Assembly: GCA_964458485.1 (NCBI GenBank) | Contig: CAYWJA010000004.1 | Span: 2,231 to 66,230 of the forward strand | DNA from: an uncultured Candidatus Peribacteria bacterium | Lineage (GTDB): Bacteria; Patescibacteriota; Gracilibacteria; UM-FILTER-43-11 | DNA: 64,000 bases | Direction: 5' to 3' | Shown: in pieces, positions 34,788-42,893 of the stretch | Layout: each line of letters begins with the position of its first letter | How positions within the stretch are numbered: the first letter of the stretch is position 1 | The notes under the pieces: model-generated | The model's input: only the letters and a program-made list of their open reading frames with translations | Database searches by the model: none | What the model was told of the DNA's origin: nothing | Program-made: the position numbers and the translations under genes

Positions 34788-36725
34788 ATGCCAAAACAAA
34801 AAAAAGTAACAAAATCCAAAGTTCTTAACAGAGAAACCACAGTCGTTTTAATGGAAGAGAAAAAATGGTACAAGCCATCTACAAAAGTCATTAAAAAAGC
34901 TATAATCAAAGACTGGAAAAAAGTCCACGCTGCAGCCAAACGTAACCCGATCAAATATTGGGAAGAGGCAGCGCGTGAACTGGAATGGTATAGGGAATGG
35001 AAAATTCCTTTTAAAGAAGCTAAAAAGAATTTTTTCCAATGGTTCTTAGGCGCCAAATGCAACATCGTCCACAATTGTCTGGATCGCCATATGGGAACTC
35101 CAACAGAAAAAAGGACAGCAATTATTTGGGAAAATGACAAAGGCGACCATTGTAAAATGACCTACAAAGAGCTCAATAAATCTGTTTGCAAAATGGCCAA
35201 TGGTCTTAAATCTCTCGGCGTTAGAAAGGGCGACGTAGTCGCGATTTATATTCAAAATACTCCGGAAGCAGCCATTTCTATGTTGGCTTGTGCAAAAATT
35301 GGCGCAGTCCACTCCGTCGTTTATGCCGGCTTTTCTGCACATGCCTTAAAAGATCGAATTGATGATGGGAAAGCAAAGGTTTTAATAACATCCGATGTCG
35401 GCTACCGTGCTGGCAAAACAATCGACATGTATTCTTTGTGTGCAGATGCTGTTAAAGGTTCAAAAACCATCAAAAAAATGATTGTAGTTAAGCGTAAGCC
35501 ATCCAGTAAAAAGAAAAATAAACGCCGGGATGTCTGGTTTGGTGAATTAATGCGCAAGCAGTCTGCAAAATGTGAAACAGAAGTAATGAGTTCGGAAGAT
35601 CCTCTGTTTATTTTGTATACATCCGGCACTACATCAAAACCAAAAGGCGTGGTTCATGTGCATGGCGGTTATATGGTTGGTGTTAATCGGACATTCAGAT
35701 GGGTAATGGACGTAAAAGATGATGATATTTATTGGTGCACTGCGGATCCCGGATGGATAACTGGTCATAGTTATATAGTCTACGCACCTTTGATGTCCGG
35801 CATTACTACTTTAATGTTTGAAGGTGCACCAAATTACCCAAAGCCGGATAAATTATGGCGTGTTGTTAAAAAACACAAAGTCACAATTTTTTATACTGCC
35901 CCAACCCTCATACGCGCACTTATGGGCTATGGTGACAAGTGGGTTAAAAAACACAATATGCCATCACTCCGATTACTCGGATCAGTCGGCGAACCTATTA
36001 ATCCGGAGGCGTGGCGGTGGTATTGGAAAGTTGTAGGAAGAAAAAAATGCCCCATCATGGATACCTGGTGGCAAACTGAGACTGGCATGTTTATAATTAC
36101 CCCCCTTCCATCTATGCCACTCAAGGCTGGCTCTGCCACATTACCATTTCCGGGGATAATCGCTGATGTCGTTGACAAAAAGGGCAAATCCGTCAAAGTT
36201 GGCGAAGGCGGTTATTTGATTATTAAAAACCAATGGCCATCTATGCTGCGTACAGTATTTAAAAACCCAAAACGTTACATCGAAACATACTGGAAGGACG
36301 TTCCTGGTTCATATTTTACAGGGGATCTAGCCCGTAAAGACAAAGACGGATATTTTTGGGTACAAGGAAGGTGCGATGATGTCCTTTCCATTGCCGGCCA
36401 TCGTATTAGTAATGCTGAAATTGAGAGTGCAATTGTATCCCATAAAGCAGCCGCCGAAGCCGCAGTTATTGGCAAACCACATCCTGTAAAAGGTGAATCT
36501 GCAAAGGCTTTTGTAATACTAAAAAGGGGCATAAAACCATCTGATAAATTAATTGTGGAACTCAAAAAACAAATCCGCAAAGAGCTCGGTCCAATTGCTG
36601 TTACGGATGAAATTGAATTCGTTAAAAAATTACCAAAAACCCGTAGCGGTAAAATCATGAGGCGAGTTCTAAAAGCAAAAGAGCTTGGCAAGGAGTTGGG
36701 TGACACTAGCGCGTTGGCGGATTAA
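34788..36725 (+). CDS. acs: Acetyl-CoA synthetase (AMP-forming)
   Basis: AMP-binding motif (ILYTSGTTSKPKG), full-length Acs-like layout and the C-terminal PKTRSGKIMRR. The ATG at 34788 is preferred because the track start at 34674 reads through the palindrome. Confidence 0.95.
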   Translation: MPKQKKVTKSKVLNRETTVVLMEEKKWYKPSTKVIKKAIIKDWKKVHAAAKRNPIKYWEEAARELEWYREWKIPFKEAKKNFFQWFLGAKCNIVHNCLDRHMGTPTEKRTAIIWENDKGDHCKMTYKELNKSVCKMANGLKSLGVRKGDVVAIYIQNTPEAAISMLACAKIGAVHSVVYAGFSAHALKDRIDDGKAKVLITSDVGYRAGKTIDMYSLCADAVKGSKTIKKMIVVKRKPSSKKKNKRRDVWFGELMRKQSAKCETEVMSSEDPLFILYTSGTTSKPKGVVHVHGGYMVGVNRTFRWVMDVKDDDIYWCTADPGWITGHSYIVYAPLMSGITTLMFEGAPNYPKPDKLWRVVKKHKVTIFYTAPTLIRALMGYGDKWVKKHNMPSLRLLGSVGEPINPEAWRWYWKVVGRKKCPIMDTWWQTETGMFIITPLPSMPLKAGSATLPFPGIIADVVDKKGKSVKVGEGGYLIIKNQWPSMLRTVFKNPKRYIETYWKDVPGSYFTGDLARKDKDGYFWVQGRCDDVLSIAGHRISNAEIESAIVSHKAAAEAAVIGKPHPVKGESAKAFVILKRGIKPSDKLIVELKKQIRKELGPIAVTDEIEFVKKLPKTRSGKIMRRVLKAKELGKELGDTSALAD

Positions 36726-37402
36726 TCTCGTGTTAGTCTTTTTACTGCCTCATCAATCATTCTCTGTCTGGTGGGCTCATCAAATGATTCATCTGCCGAG
36801 AGTTCTTTATCCTCCTGCATCTGCCTTAGATCCTCTTCCAATCCCTCCAAACCTCTTTCTCTAAGAATTGTTGTTGCCTCTCTAAAATCTTTAGGTATAT
36901 CATTCCAATTTTCCGCTATTTTATCACATAGGGCAAGAGCTCTCATGGCCTGTTCTTCACTCAAACAATATTGTTCTACTGCGAATAAGATGTCGGCCAT
37001 AACCCCAATTTCATTAAAATCACCTCCATTATTTTTAAGTTGTCTATATTTTTGTTCCATCTGTGCACGGAATTTAGCACCAACGTTTTCCAGTGCCTGT
37101 AGAAAATGAATATTGCACATAACATCCATAATCCCCAATACCGAGCCACCATATTGCTGGTCAATATCAGTTCCCTCAGGTACGTGTTCGAAAAAAGCAT
37201 CTATCATCGTATCCATTTGGTCTGATGGCATGGGTGGTTGTAATTTTGCAAATAGATTAGAAATATCCGATCTAATTTCTGTAGCTATCAGTTTTTCATC
37301 ATTCTTATGGTATCCAGAGACTTCAGAAAAACAATATTTGCCCATTAAAGCATCTGCAAAGCTTTCCTCAGTCCATTTTGGTTGTTTTTGTATCGTAGAC
37401 AT
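36722..37402 (-). CDS. Hypothetical acidic protein
   Basis: 226 aa with an ATG start. Its stop overlaps the acs stop. No domain recognised. Confidence 0.55.
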   Translation of the reverse strand: MSTIQKQPKWTEESFADALMGKYCFSEVSGYHKNDEKLIATEIRSDISNLFAKLQPPMPSDQMDTMIDAFFEHVPEGTDIDQQYGGSVLGIMDVMCNIHFLQALENVGAKFRAQMEQKYRQLKNNGGDFNEIGVMADILFAVEQYCLSEEQAMRALALCDKIAENWNDIPKDFREATTILRERGLEGLEEDLRQMQEDKELSADESFDEPTRQRMIDEAVKRLTRD

Positions 37403-37513
37403 TTTATATATAAATTATTAAATAAATTTGGCAATAACTATAACATATTTTTAAAAAAATAGCAAGCATAAAAAATTAACTCGATTTAACACGAAAATAC
37501 TTTTTATCAAAGG

Positions 37514-37555
37514 CTTGGTAAAGAATTAGGCGATACTAGCGCTCTTGCTGACTAG
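37514..37555 (+). pseudogene. Orphan copy of the last 13 codons plus stop of an acs-type gene
   Basis: It translates to LGKELGDTSALAD*, identical to the acs C-terminus (36684-36725). Ten of the 13 sense codons differ, all synonymously. No upstream reading frame continues it. Confidence 0.6.
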
Positions 37556-38009
37556 TTTTATCTATATTATCCAATGCTCCATTTACCATCTTTTCAATCA
37601 CAGGTCGTATTTTTTCAACAAATTCTTCGACATCCTCCGGAGGCATATTTTTTTCACTGTGGCATGTGACACATAATCCTATCGTAGAGTATATAGATTC
37701 TTTTGCATCCTCCAGTACACCAGTAGTAATGGTACCCCTAGATATAACTTTGCCAACCTTAGAATGGGCATGTGTACATTCAGCATCACTTCTTATTTGT
37801 AGAATTAATTGTTTTAGATCTGCCTCTTTATCCATTAGTGCTTTTGCTACACAATCCACTTCTTCCCACTCCGTTCCACGTACTGGCGTTTCTCCAAAGA
37901 TTCCAGACTTAGAAACCACAGCAGGTGGCCACTTAACATCAAAGCTTATAATAGAACCATCCTCATTTGAAACATCTATTTCTATATCTCTTTCTGCAGC
38001 TTCAGACAT
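37536..38009 (-). CDS. Hypothetical acidic protein
   Basis: 157 aa with an ATG start. Its last six codons overlap the acs-tail relic. No domain recognised. Confidence 0.5.
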   Translation of the reverse strand: MSEAAERDIEIDVSNEDGSIISFDVKWPPAVVSKSGIFGETPVRGTEWEEVDCVAKALMDKEADLKQLILQIRSDAECTHAHSKVGKVISRGTITTGVLEDAKESIYSTIGLCVTCHSEKNMPPEDVEEFVEKIRPVIEKMVNGALDNIDKTSQQER

Positions 38010-38068
38010 AATTTTATTTGTTAAAGGAGGTTAATATAAATGCTCATTTATTTTTAGTCAATTAAAAA

Positions 38069-38130
38069 GCTAATTCGTAATTCGTCTCTCGCCCGCCCGG
38101 ATGACCGGGTCGGACGGGTAATTCGTAATT
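38069..38130. repeat. Word array / GC hairpin / word array composite downstream of lysS
   Basis: gctaattcgtaattcgt, then ctctcgcccgcccggatgaccgggtcggacggg, then taattcgtaatt. The direct repeat taattcgtaatt flanks the GC insert. Confidence 0.85.
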
Positions 38131-38135
38131 AAAAA

Positions 38136-40286
38136 TTATAGCCCAATTTCGTCAGATATTTCTTTCATTGCTTCAAGAGCTATTTCAAAGAATTCACCAA
38201 GCTCCAATCCACATTTCTCAACTTCGCGGATAACATCACGATTTACCTTGGCGGCAAAAGACTTGTCTTTAAATTTCTTTTTAATAGATTTGACCTTAGC
38301 ACCTTCAAGTTTTTTGTCCGGGCGCATTAGGGCATATGCGAATATTAACCCCGTAACAGTTTCGCCTGCAGCAAGTGCATGTTGAAATTTGGTAGTACGT
38401 TCTTTGTCTTTATATTCAGGAATTTCATCCATTCCATATCCGTGTGATGCGATAACCTCAATGAGTTCATCCGAAACACCTGCATTTTTTAAAATTTCGA
38501 CAGATTTTACACAATGATTTTCAACATCTTCACATGTTTCCTCCCAATCAATGTCATGCAAAAGTCCAGCAATACCCCAAACTTCCTCATCTTCACCAAG
38601 TCGTTTTGCAAGAGCGCGCATTACAACTTCTGATTCGCGGCAGTGATTACGATTCATTGGATCTTTGATGTGTTTATCAAACAATTCTTTTGCCTGTTCA
38701 TAAGTTATGCCGGCGGTTATGTTTTCGTTGTTGTTTTCGGGACGCAGGTCTGCGCCCCCTACAGGATGGTCCGATACCTTCCCACCCTTCGGTCTCATCA
38801 ACGGAAACATAACAACGTCACGCAAATTATCCTGTTGGGTTAAAAGAGTTACAAGGCGGTCGATACCCATCCCCCATCCACTCATTGGTGGCATACCATG
38901 TTCCATAGCTTCCAAATATTCTTCATTCATACTCATTGCTTCTTCATCCCCGCCAGCCTTTGCCTTTGCCTGCCCCTCCAGCCTTTTCCTTTGGTCTGCC
39001 GGGTCAACAAGTTCGCTATATGCATTTATAACTTCCCATGTGTTTACTAAGAGCTGGAATGTATCGCATACTTTGTCACTTTCATCATTTCTTCTCGCAA
39101 GCGGTTTTGTGTCTGCTGGATGATGGATTACAAAACACGGCTGAATCAATTTTGGTCTACTTACCTTTTTGTATAAATGATCAACCAAATTTCCATAACC
39201 CATATTTTCAGCATCTTCTATTTCTATTTCTTTTTCTTTTATAGCTTTTAAAAGATCTTTTTCGTTGTCATATTCCAGAATATCGATTCCGCAGTCTTCT
39301 TTTATCATTTCCCGATAATCCCTGCGTGGCCATGGAGTTTTAAAATCAATTTCAGCCTCTTTGCCTTCCTGATCTTTAATCATAACTTTCGTTGTGCCCA
39401 TTACCTCTTTCATCAAATATTCAAACATTTCTTCGGTAAACTTCATATTATCTTCAAAGTTCCAATATGCAGCATAGTGCTCGATCATTGTAAACTCTTG
39501 TAAGTGGCTTGGGTCCATGCCTTCGTTACGGAAACATCTTGCAACTTCAAAAGTTTTTTCAAAACCACCCACAACCGCTGTTTTTTGCCACAACTCCCCT
39601 GCTGCTATGCGTAAATAAACATCAATATCCAATGCATTATGATGTGTCGAGAAAGGTTTAGCCGCAGCACCGGATGAAATATTTTCAAGAACAGGCGTTT
39701 CAATTTCAGTAAACCCCTTACTCCAATAAAATTCACGTAATTTACGAACGACTTTTGATCGGAATTCAAATCGCGCACGCGCTTCTTTGCTCATCACCAA
39801 ATCAAGATGCCTTTGGCGATATTTTGTTTCTTGGTCTTGAAGCCCGTGCCATTTTTCTGGCAATGGACGGATCGCTTTACCCAAAAAAACCAAATCACTA
39901 ACCAGCAAAGTTGTTTCACCATGTTTGGTTTTAAAAAGCTCACCAGTTACACCAATAAAATCCCCAATGTCCAAAAGTTTCATGAGTTTTTCCTGTTTTT
40001 CATCCAAAACACCTTTCATCAGGCAGATTTGGATTTTACCTTTATCATCTTGAAGATGTGCGAAATTAAGTTTCCCAAAATCACGAAAAGACATCATTCG
40101 TCCACATAACGTGACATCATTTTTATTGTCTTTTTGAATTTCTTCAACGTCGCGTAATTTTTCTTGGCCAAGCTTCAATGCCTCATCAGAATAATGCGTA
40201 CGTTCAAACCGTGCTGGGTAGGGGTTGATACCAAGTGCACGAATTTTTTCGATCTTATCAAATCTTTCTTTTGATATTCTATCCAT
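38136..40286 (-). CDS. lysS: Lysyl-tRNA synthetase (class II) fused to a C-terminal HD-domain hydrolase
   Basis: Residues 1 to ~500 are a complete LysRS ending ...RDVVMFPLMRP. A ~20-aa linker encoded by a palindromic repeat follows, then ~195 aa with HD-superfamily motifs (LLHDIDWE, ASHGYG). Confidence 0.9.
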   Translation of the reverse strand: MDRISKERFDKIEKIRALGINPYPARFERTHYSDEALKLGQEKLRDVEEIQKDNKNDVTLCGRMMSFRDFGKLNFAHLQDDKGKIQICLMKGVLDEKQEKLMKLLDIGDFIGVTGELFKTKHGETTLLVSDLVFLGKAIRPLPEKWHGLQDQETKYRQRHLDLVMSKEARARFEFRSKVVRKLREFYWSKGFTEIETPVLENISSGAAAKPFSTHHNALDIDVYLRIAAGELWQKTAVVGGFEKTFEVARCFRNEGMDPSHLQEFTMIEHYAAYWNFEDNMKFTEEMFEYLMKEVMGTTKVMIKDQEGKEAEIDFKTPWPRRDYREMIKEDCGIDILEYDNEKDLLKAIKEKEIEIEDAENMGYGNLVDHLYKKVSRPKLIQPCFVIHHPADTKPLARRNDESDKVCDTFQLLVNTWEVINAYSELVDPADQRKRLEGQAKAKAGGDEEAMSMNEEYLEAMEHGMPPMSGWGMGIDRLVTLLTQQDNLRDVVMFPLMRPKGGKVSDHPVGGADLRPENNNENITAGITYEQAKELFDKHIKDPMNRNHCRESEVVMRALAKRLGEDEEVWGIAGLLHDIDWEETCEDVENHCVKSVEILKNAGVSDELIEVIASHGYGMDEIPEYKDKERTTKFQHALAAGETVTGLIFAYALMRPDKKLEGAKVKSIKKKFKDKSFAAKVNRDVIREVEKCGLELGEFFEIALEAMKEISDEIGL
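38739..38762. repeat. 28-nt palindrome family, copy 3, inside the lysS-HD linker
   Basis: The reverse complement of gggacgcaggtctgcgccccctac matches copy 1 (34722-34749) with one mismatch over 24 nt. It encodes VGGADLRP. Confidence 0.85.
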
Positions 40287-40317
40287 ATTAAATAATTAAT
40301 ATTTAAAAAACATTTAT

Positions 40318-40352
40318 CATTGTTAATTGTTAAATGTTAAATGTCAAATGTG
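40318..40352. repeat. Word array (t)gttaa(a)t x4-5 upstream of lysS
   Basis: cattgttaattgttaaatgttaaatgtcaaatgtg. Related aaatg(c/t)(c/t)aaat words occur at 52995-53025 and 59350-59380. Confidence 0.75.
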
Positions 40353-40400
40353 TATGAGTATTGTAGCGGAAATAATTTAATTTTTAAATCCAATACTTCA

Positions 40401-40706
40401 TTAACCAGCTGATGCAACAGCTATTACAGCTTCATCAGGTACGATTATATATTTTTTATATTCGCGTGTTAGTGCAGCCACTACTTCTTTGCGTACTCCC
40501 CGCATACTACCGTGTAATAATTCATATATATGATTCTTTTTGTCGGTCATAAGGAGGATGCTAACACGAGTGGGGTGTTTTTCTAATTCCGCGACAGCCT
40601 TACGTCTAGCTTCAATAAAATCGTCACTTGTATCGTGAAACTCATAACCACCACCCCAACCATATGCAACCACTTCAAATCTTTTGCCAAAATAATCTTT
40701 AGCCAT
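40401..40706 (-). CDS. Hypothetical protein (101 aa)
   Basis: Open frame with an ATG start. No domain recognised. Confidence 0.5.
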   Translation of the reverse strand: MAKDYFGKRFEVVAYGWGGGYEFHDTSDDFIEARRKAVAELEKHPTRVSILLMTDKKNHIYELLHGSMRGVRKEVVAALTREYKKYIIVPDEAVIAVASAG

Positions 40707-40767
40707 AATTTGTTTTTTTAAGGCAGTGTATTTTGTGTCATATAATTAGGAATGTCAAGTATCAATC

Positions 40768-41457
40768 ATTAGAAACTAAAGTGGTGAAGCGGTGTATACG
40801 CGAAGCTTCAGCCACCCTCCTCAGTCTACTTCATGAACTTACCGAGAAGATATAAAGGGAGGATTGATATCAGGCTATATCTGTCCGCGCCGAGGCCGGG
40901 AAGGTTCTCACAGGCCAATTCTGGCGGGAACTTGCCGCCGACAGCCTCAGGCGTCACGCAGAGCTTGGGTTTGCGCCCATCGACCTCCAGCCTGACACCG
41001 TTCTCTACCTGATAGATCTTGTCCCCTACCTTTTTGAGGGTGATCTTGGAGGTTGAGAGCCTTATCTGACCATTCGCCATAGCCTCGAGTGCCGAAGGTG
41101 TGAAGACATCGACCTTCACCTTGTCGTTGAATCCCGACATCGCTCCGTTGGGAATGTGGAATTCGTACTTCGACGCAATCTTCATGAAAGCATCTACGAA
41201 CTCTTCCTCCGTGAGCGTCTTCATGGGCTTTGCTTTCGGCTTCTTCACCGCCACTGCCCTTGGGCTGGGCGTGGGTTCGGGGTTTTTTGATACCGTTATC
41301 ACTGCGGGCTGGGGCTCCTGCACCTGCACCTGGGGCGCAGCACAGGAAGCCATCAGCATCGTGATGATGAGTAATCTTTTCATCTGTTTGTTACCTTTTC
41401 TTTCCGGGCACAAGGCCCGTAGTATGCGTATACACCGCTTCCACTTTAATCTCTAAT
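40768..41457. mobile_element. GC-rich cassette bounded by imperfect inverted repeats (no transposase)
   Basis: The left end attagaaactaaagtggtgaagcggtgtatacgc (40768-40801) is inverted relative to the right end gcgtatacaccgcttccactttaatctctaat (41426-41457). The 22/23-nt core differs by one indel. Interior lines count 40/60 (40921-40980) and 38/60 (41221-41280) G+C, against 21/60 in a neighbouring coding line. Confidence 0.5.
40826..41383 (-). CDS. Lipoprotein of unknown function, foreign (high-GC) codon usage
   Basis: MKRLLIITMLMASCAAPQ gives a signal peptide and lipobox Cys. A Pro-rich linker and a ~130-aa domain follow. The ATG at 41383 is preferred over the track start. Confidence 0.65.
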   Translation of the reverse strand: MKRLLIITMLMASCAAPQVQVQEPQPAVITVSKNPEPTPSPRAVAVKKPKAKPMKTLTEEEFVDAFMKIASKYEFHIPNGAMSGFNDKVKVDVFTPSALEAMANGQIRLSTSKITLKKVGDKIYQVENGVRLEVDGRKPKLCVTPEAVGGKFPPELACENLPGLGADRYSLISILPLYLLGKFMK

Positions 41458-41506
41458 TTAAAGAACAGATTGTAGAGTGTTATATTAAGTAATAATCTTA
41501 TTTATG

Positions 41507-41533
41507 TCAAAAAGTGTTGTCGAAATCGACAAC
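41507..41533 (-). terminator. Candidate intrinsic terminator downstream of the PFK gene
   Basis: The minus strand reads gttgtcgatttcgacaac (8-bp perfect stem), then ac and ttttt. It lies 57 nt after the stop codon. Confidence 0.45.
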
Positions 41534-41589
41534 ATCCTTGATTTTATTAAATATAGCAAATTCGTAATAGTAATAAAAACGATATTGTG

Positions 41590-42816
41590 TCAGTCCGTTG
41601 CCAAAATTTTCTCTAAATCATAATCCTCCGGATGTGGCACAATTTTGCCTATTTCTTTATAATTTTCCGGCTTTACATAATGCAAATTGGAAAAAGCTAA
41701 TTTATAATCCTGAGCATCCACATCTACAAGTCTTGTTTTGATTTTGCCGGTTTTTCTATCTTCAATGTCTCTTAGATATAATGGCGAAATTTCTCCATTA
41801 GCTTTTGCTATCACAATACAGCCTGTGCGTCCTTCATCATACAGCTTTTTAACCCCCATACCCAGCATGGTGCAGTAATTCATATCAAAGGCAATAGGGC
41901 TGCAAGCACGTGTTTCATAGCCTAGTTCAACAGGGCGGCTTTTAACCTTTATTCCTATCTCTTTTAATTTTTTCTGTAATAGTACGTTAAAGATATGCGA
42001 TTTAGACACTGTTCCAAGCTCGGGATGGCCATGTTCATCGAATGTAAGATTAATTCCGCAATTAGCAATTTCTGAATCACTCATAAAATGGAAGACTCCT
42101 TCACTTATAATTATGGCGCCATGATCTAGCCCATACATCTTTCGTTTTAAAATCGAAGAAATCATCATATGAATGATTTTGTCGAAAGTGATTTTTTTGC
42201 CCTTAAACATTTCTGGAATAATTACCATTGGGTAATGACATGCTGTGCCTATACCAAAGGCAAGATGTCCTGCCTCTCTGCCCATAGCTGCAACCACAAA
42301 CCAATTTCCACTACTTCTGGCATCCTCATAAATAGTTTGTGCTATACGAGACCCCTCATTTTTTGCTGTTTCATAACCGAATGTAGGCAACCTATCCGGA
42401 AGTGGTAAATCATTATCAATTGTTTTTGGAACATGAATATTTTGAATATCTACTTTTTGCGTTTTTAAATATTTTGTCAGCCGATTGGCCGTTGAAGCAG
42501 TATCGTCACCACCTATTGTAACTAAAAGTTTTACATTATTTTTAGTAAAAAATTCCGTACTGAATTCAGAATCTTTAGGTTTATAACGGCTCATAGTAAG
42601 AACACTGCCTCCTCTATCATAAATATAATCTGCAAGCTCAAAATCAAATTCAACGATTTTTGGTTTACCGGAAAAAATTGTCTTGGTGCCTTCGTTTAGC
42701 CCAATAACCCGCCATCCTTCATTTAAAAAAGATTTAGCAAGAGAGCTGATTACGGAATTGATCCCTGCGGCTGGTCCACCGCTACATAAAATTGCGACTG
42801 TGTTTTTTTCTTTCAT
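41590..42816 (-). CDS. pfp: Phosphofructokinase, pyrophosphate-dependent type
   Basis: PFK-A family. GGDDT (Asp where ATP-PFKs have Gly) and PKTIDND (Lys where ATP-PFKs have Gly) are the classical PPi-specificity residues. Confidence 0.85.
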   Translation of the reverse strand: MKEKNTVAILCSGGPAAGINSVISSLAKSFLNEGWRVIGLNEGTKTIFSGKPKIVEFDFELADYIYDRGGSVLTMSRYKPKDSEFSTEFFTKNNVKLLVTIGGDDTASTANRLTKYLKTQKVDIQNIHVPKTIDNDLPLPDRLPTFGYETAKNEGSRIAQTIYEDARSSGNWFVVAAMGREAGHLAFGIGTACHYPMVIIPEMFKGKKITFDKIIHMMISSILKRKMYGLDHGAIIISEGVFHFMSDSEIANCGINLTFDEHGHPELGTVSKSHIFNVLLQKKLKEIGIKVKSRPVELGYETRACSPIAFDMNYCTMLGMGVKKLYDEGRTGCIVIAKANGEISPLYLRDIEDRKTGKIKTRLVDVDAQDYKLAFSNLHYVKPENYKEIGKIVPHPEDYDLEKILATD

Positions 42817-42822
42817 GATTTC

Positions 42823-42893
42823 GGGTTGTGGCTAGGGTTGTGGATAGGGTTGTGGCTACCATTCTAGCCACTATTCTAGCCACCACTCGACCA
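42823..42893. repeat. Opposed word arrays gggttgtggcta x3 / attctagccac x2
   Basis: The 12-mers at 42823, 42835 and 42847 are followed by ccattctagccac tattctagccac cactcgaccact. gtggctag and ctagccac are complementary. Confidence 0.85.

Noticed and set aside
34559-35140. 193-aa minus-strand ORF.
   Set aside because: It is antisense to the well-supported acs gene and the FN3 gene end. It has low-complexity hydrophobic translation and no independent support.
38707-39123. 138-aa plus-strand ORF. The same applies to 36275-36706, 2744-3124, 54170-54740 and similar track entries.
   Set aside because: These are antisense to strongly supported genes (lysS, acs, cysS, ilvC).
41100-41456. 118-aa plus-strand ORF inside the GC-rich cassette.
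   Set aside because: It is antisense to the lipoprotein ORF, which has a clear signal peptide and lipobox. Long antisense frames are expected in GC-rich DNA.
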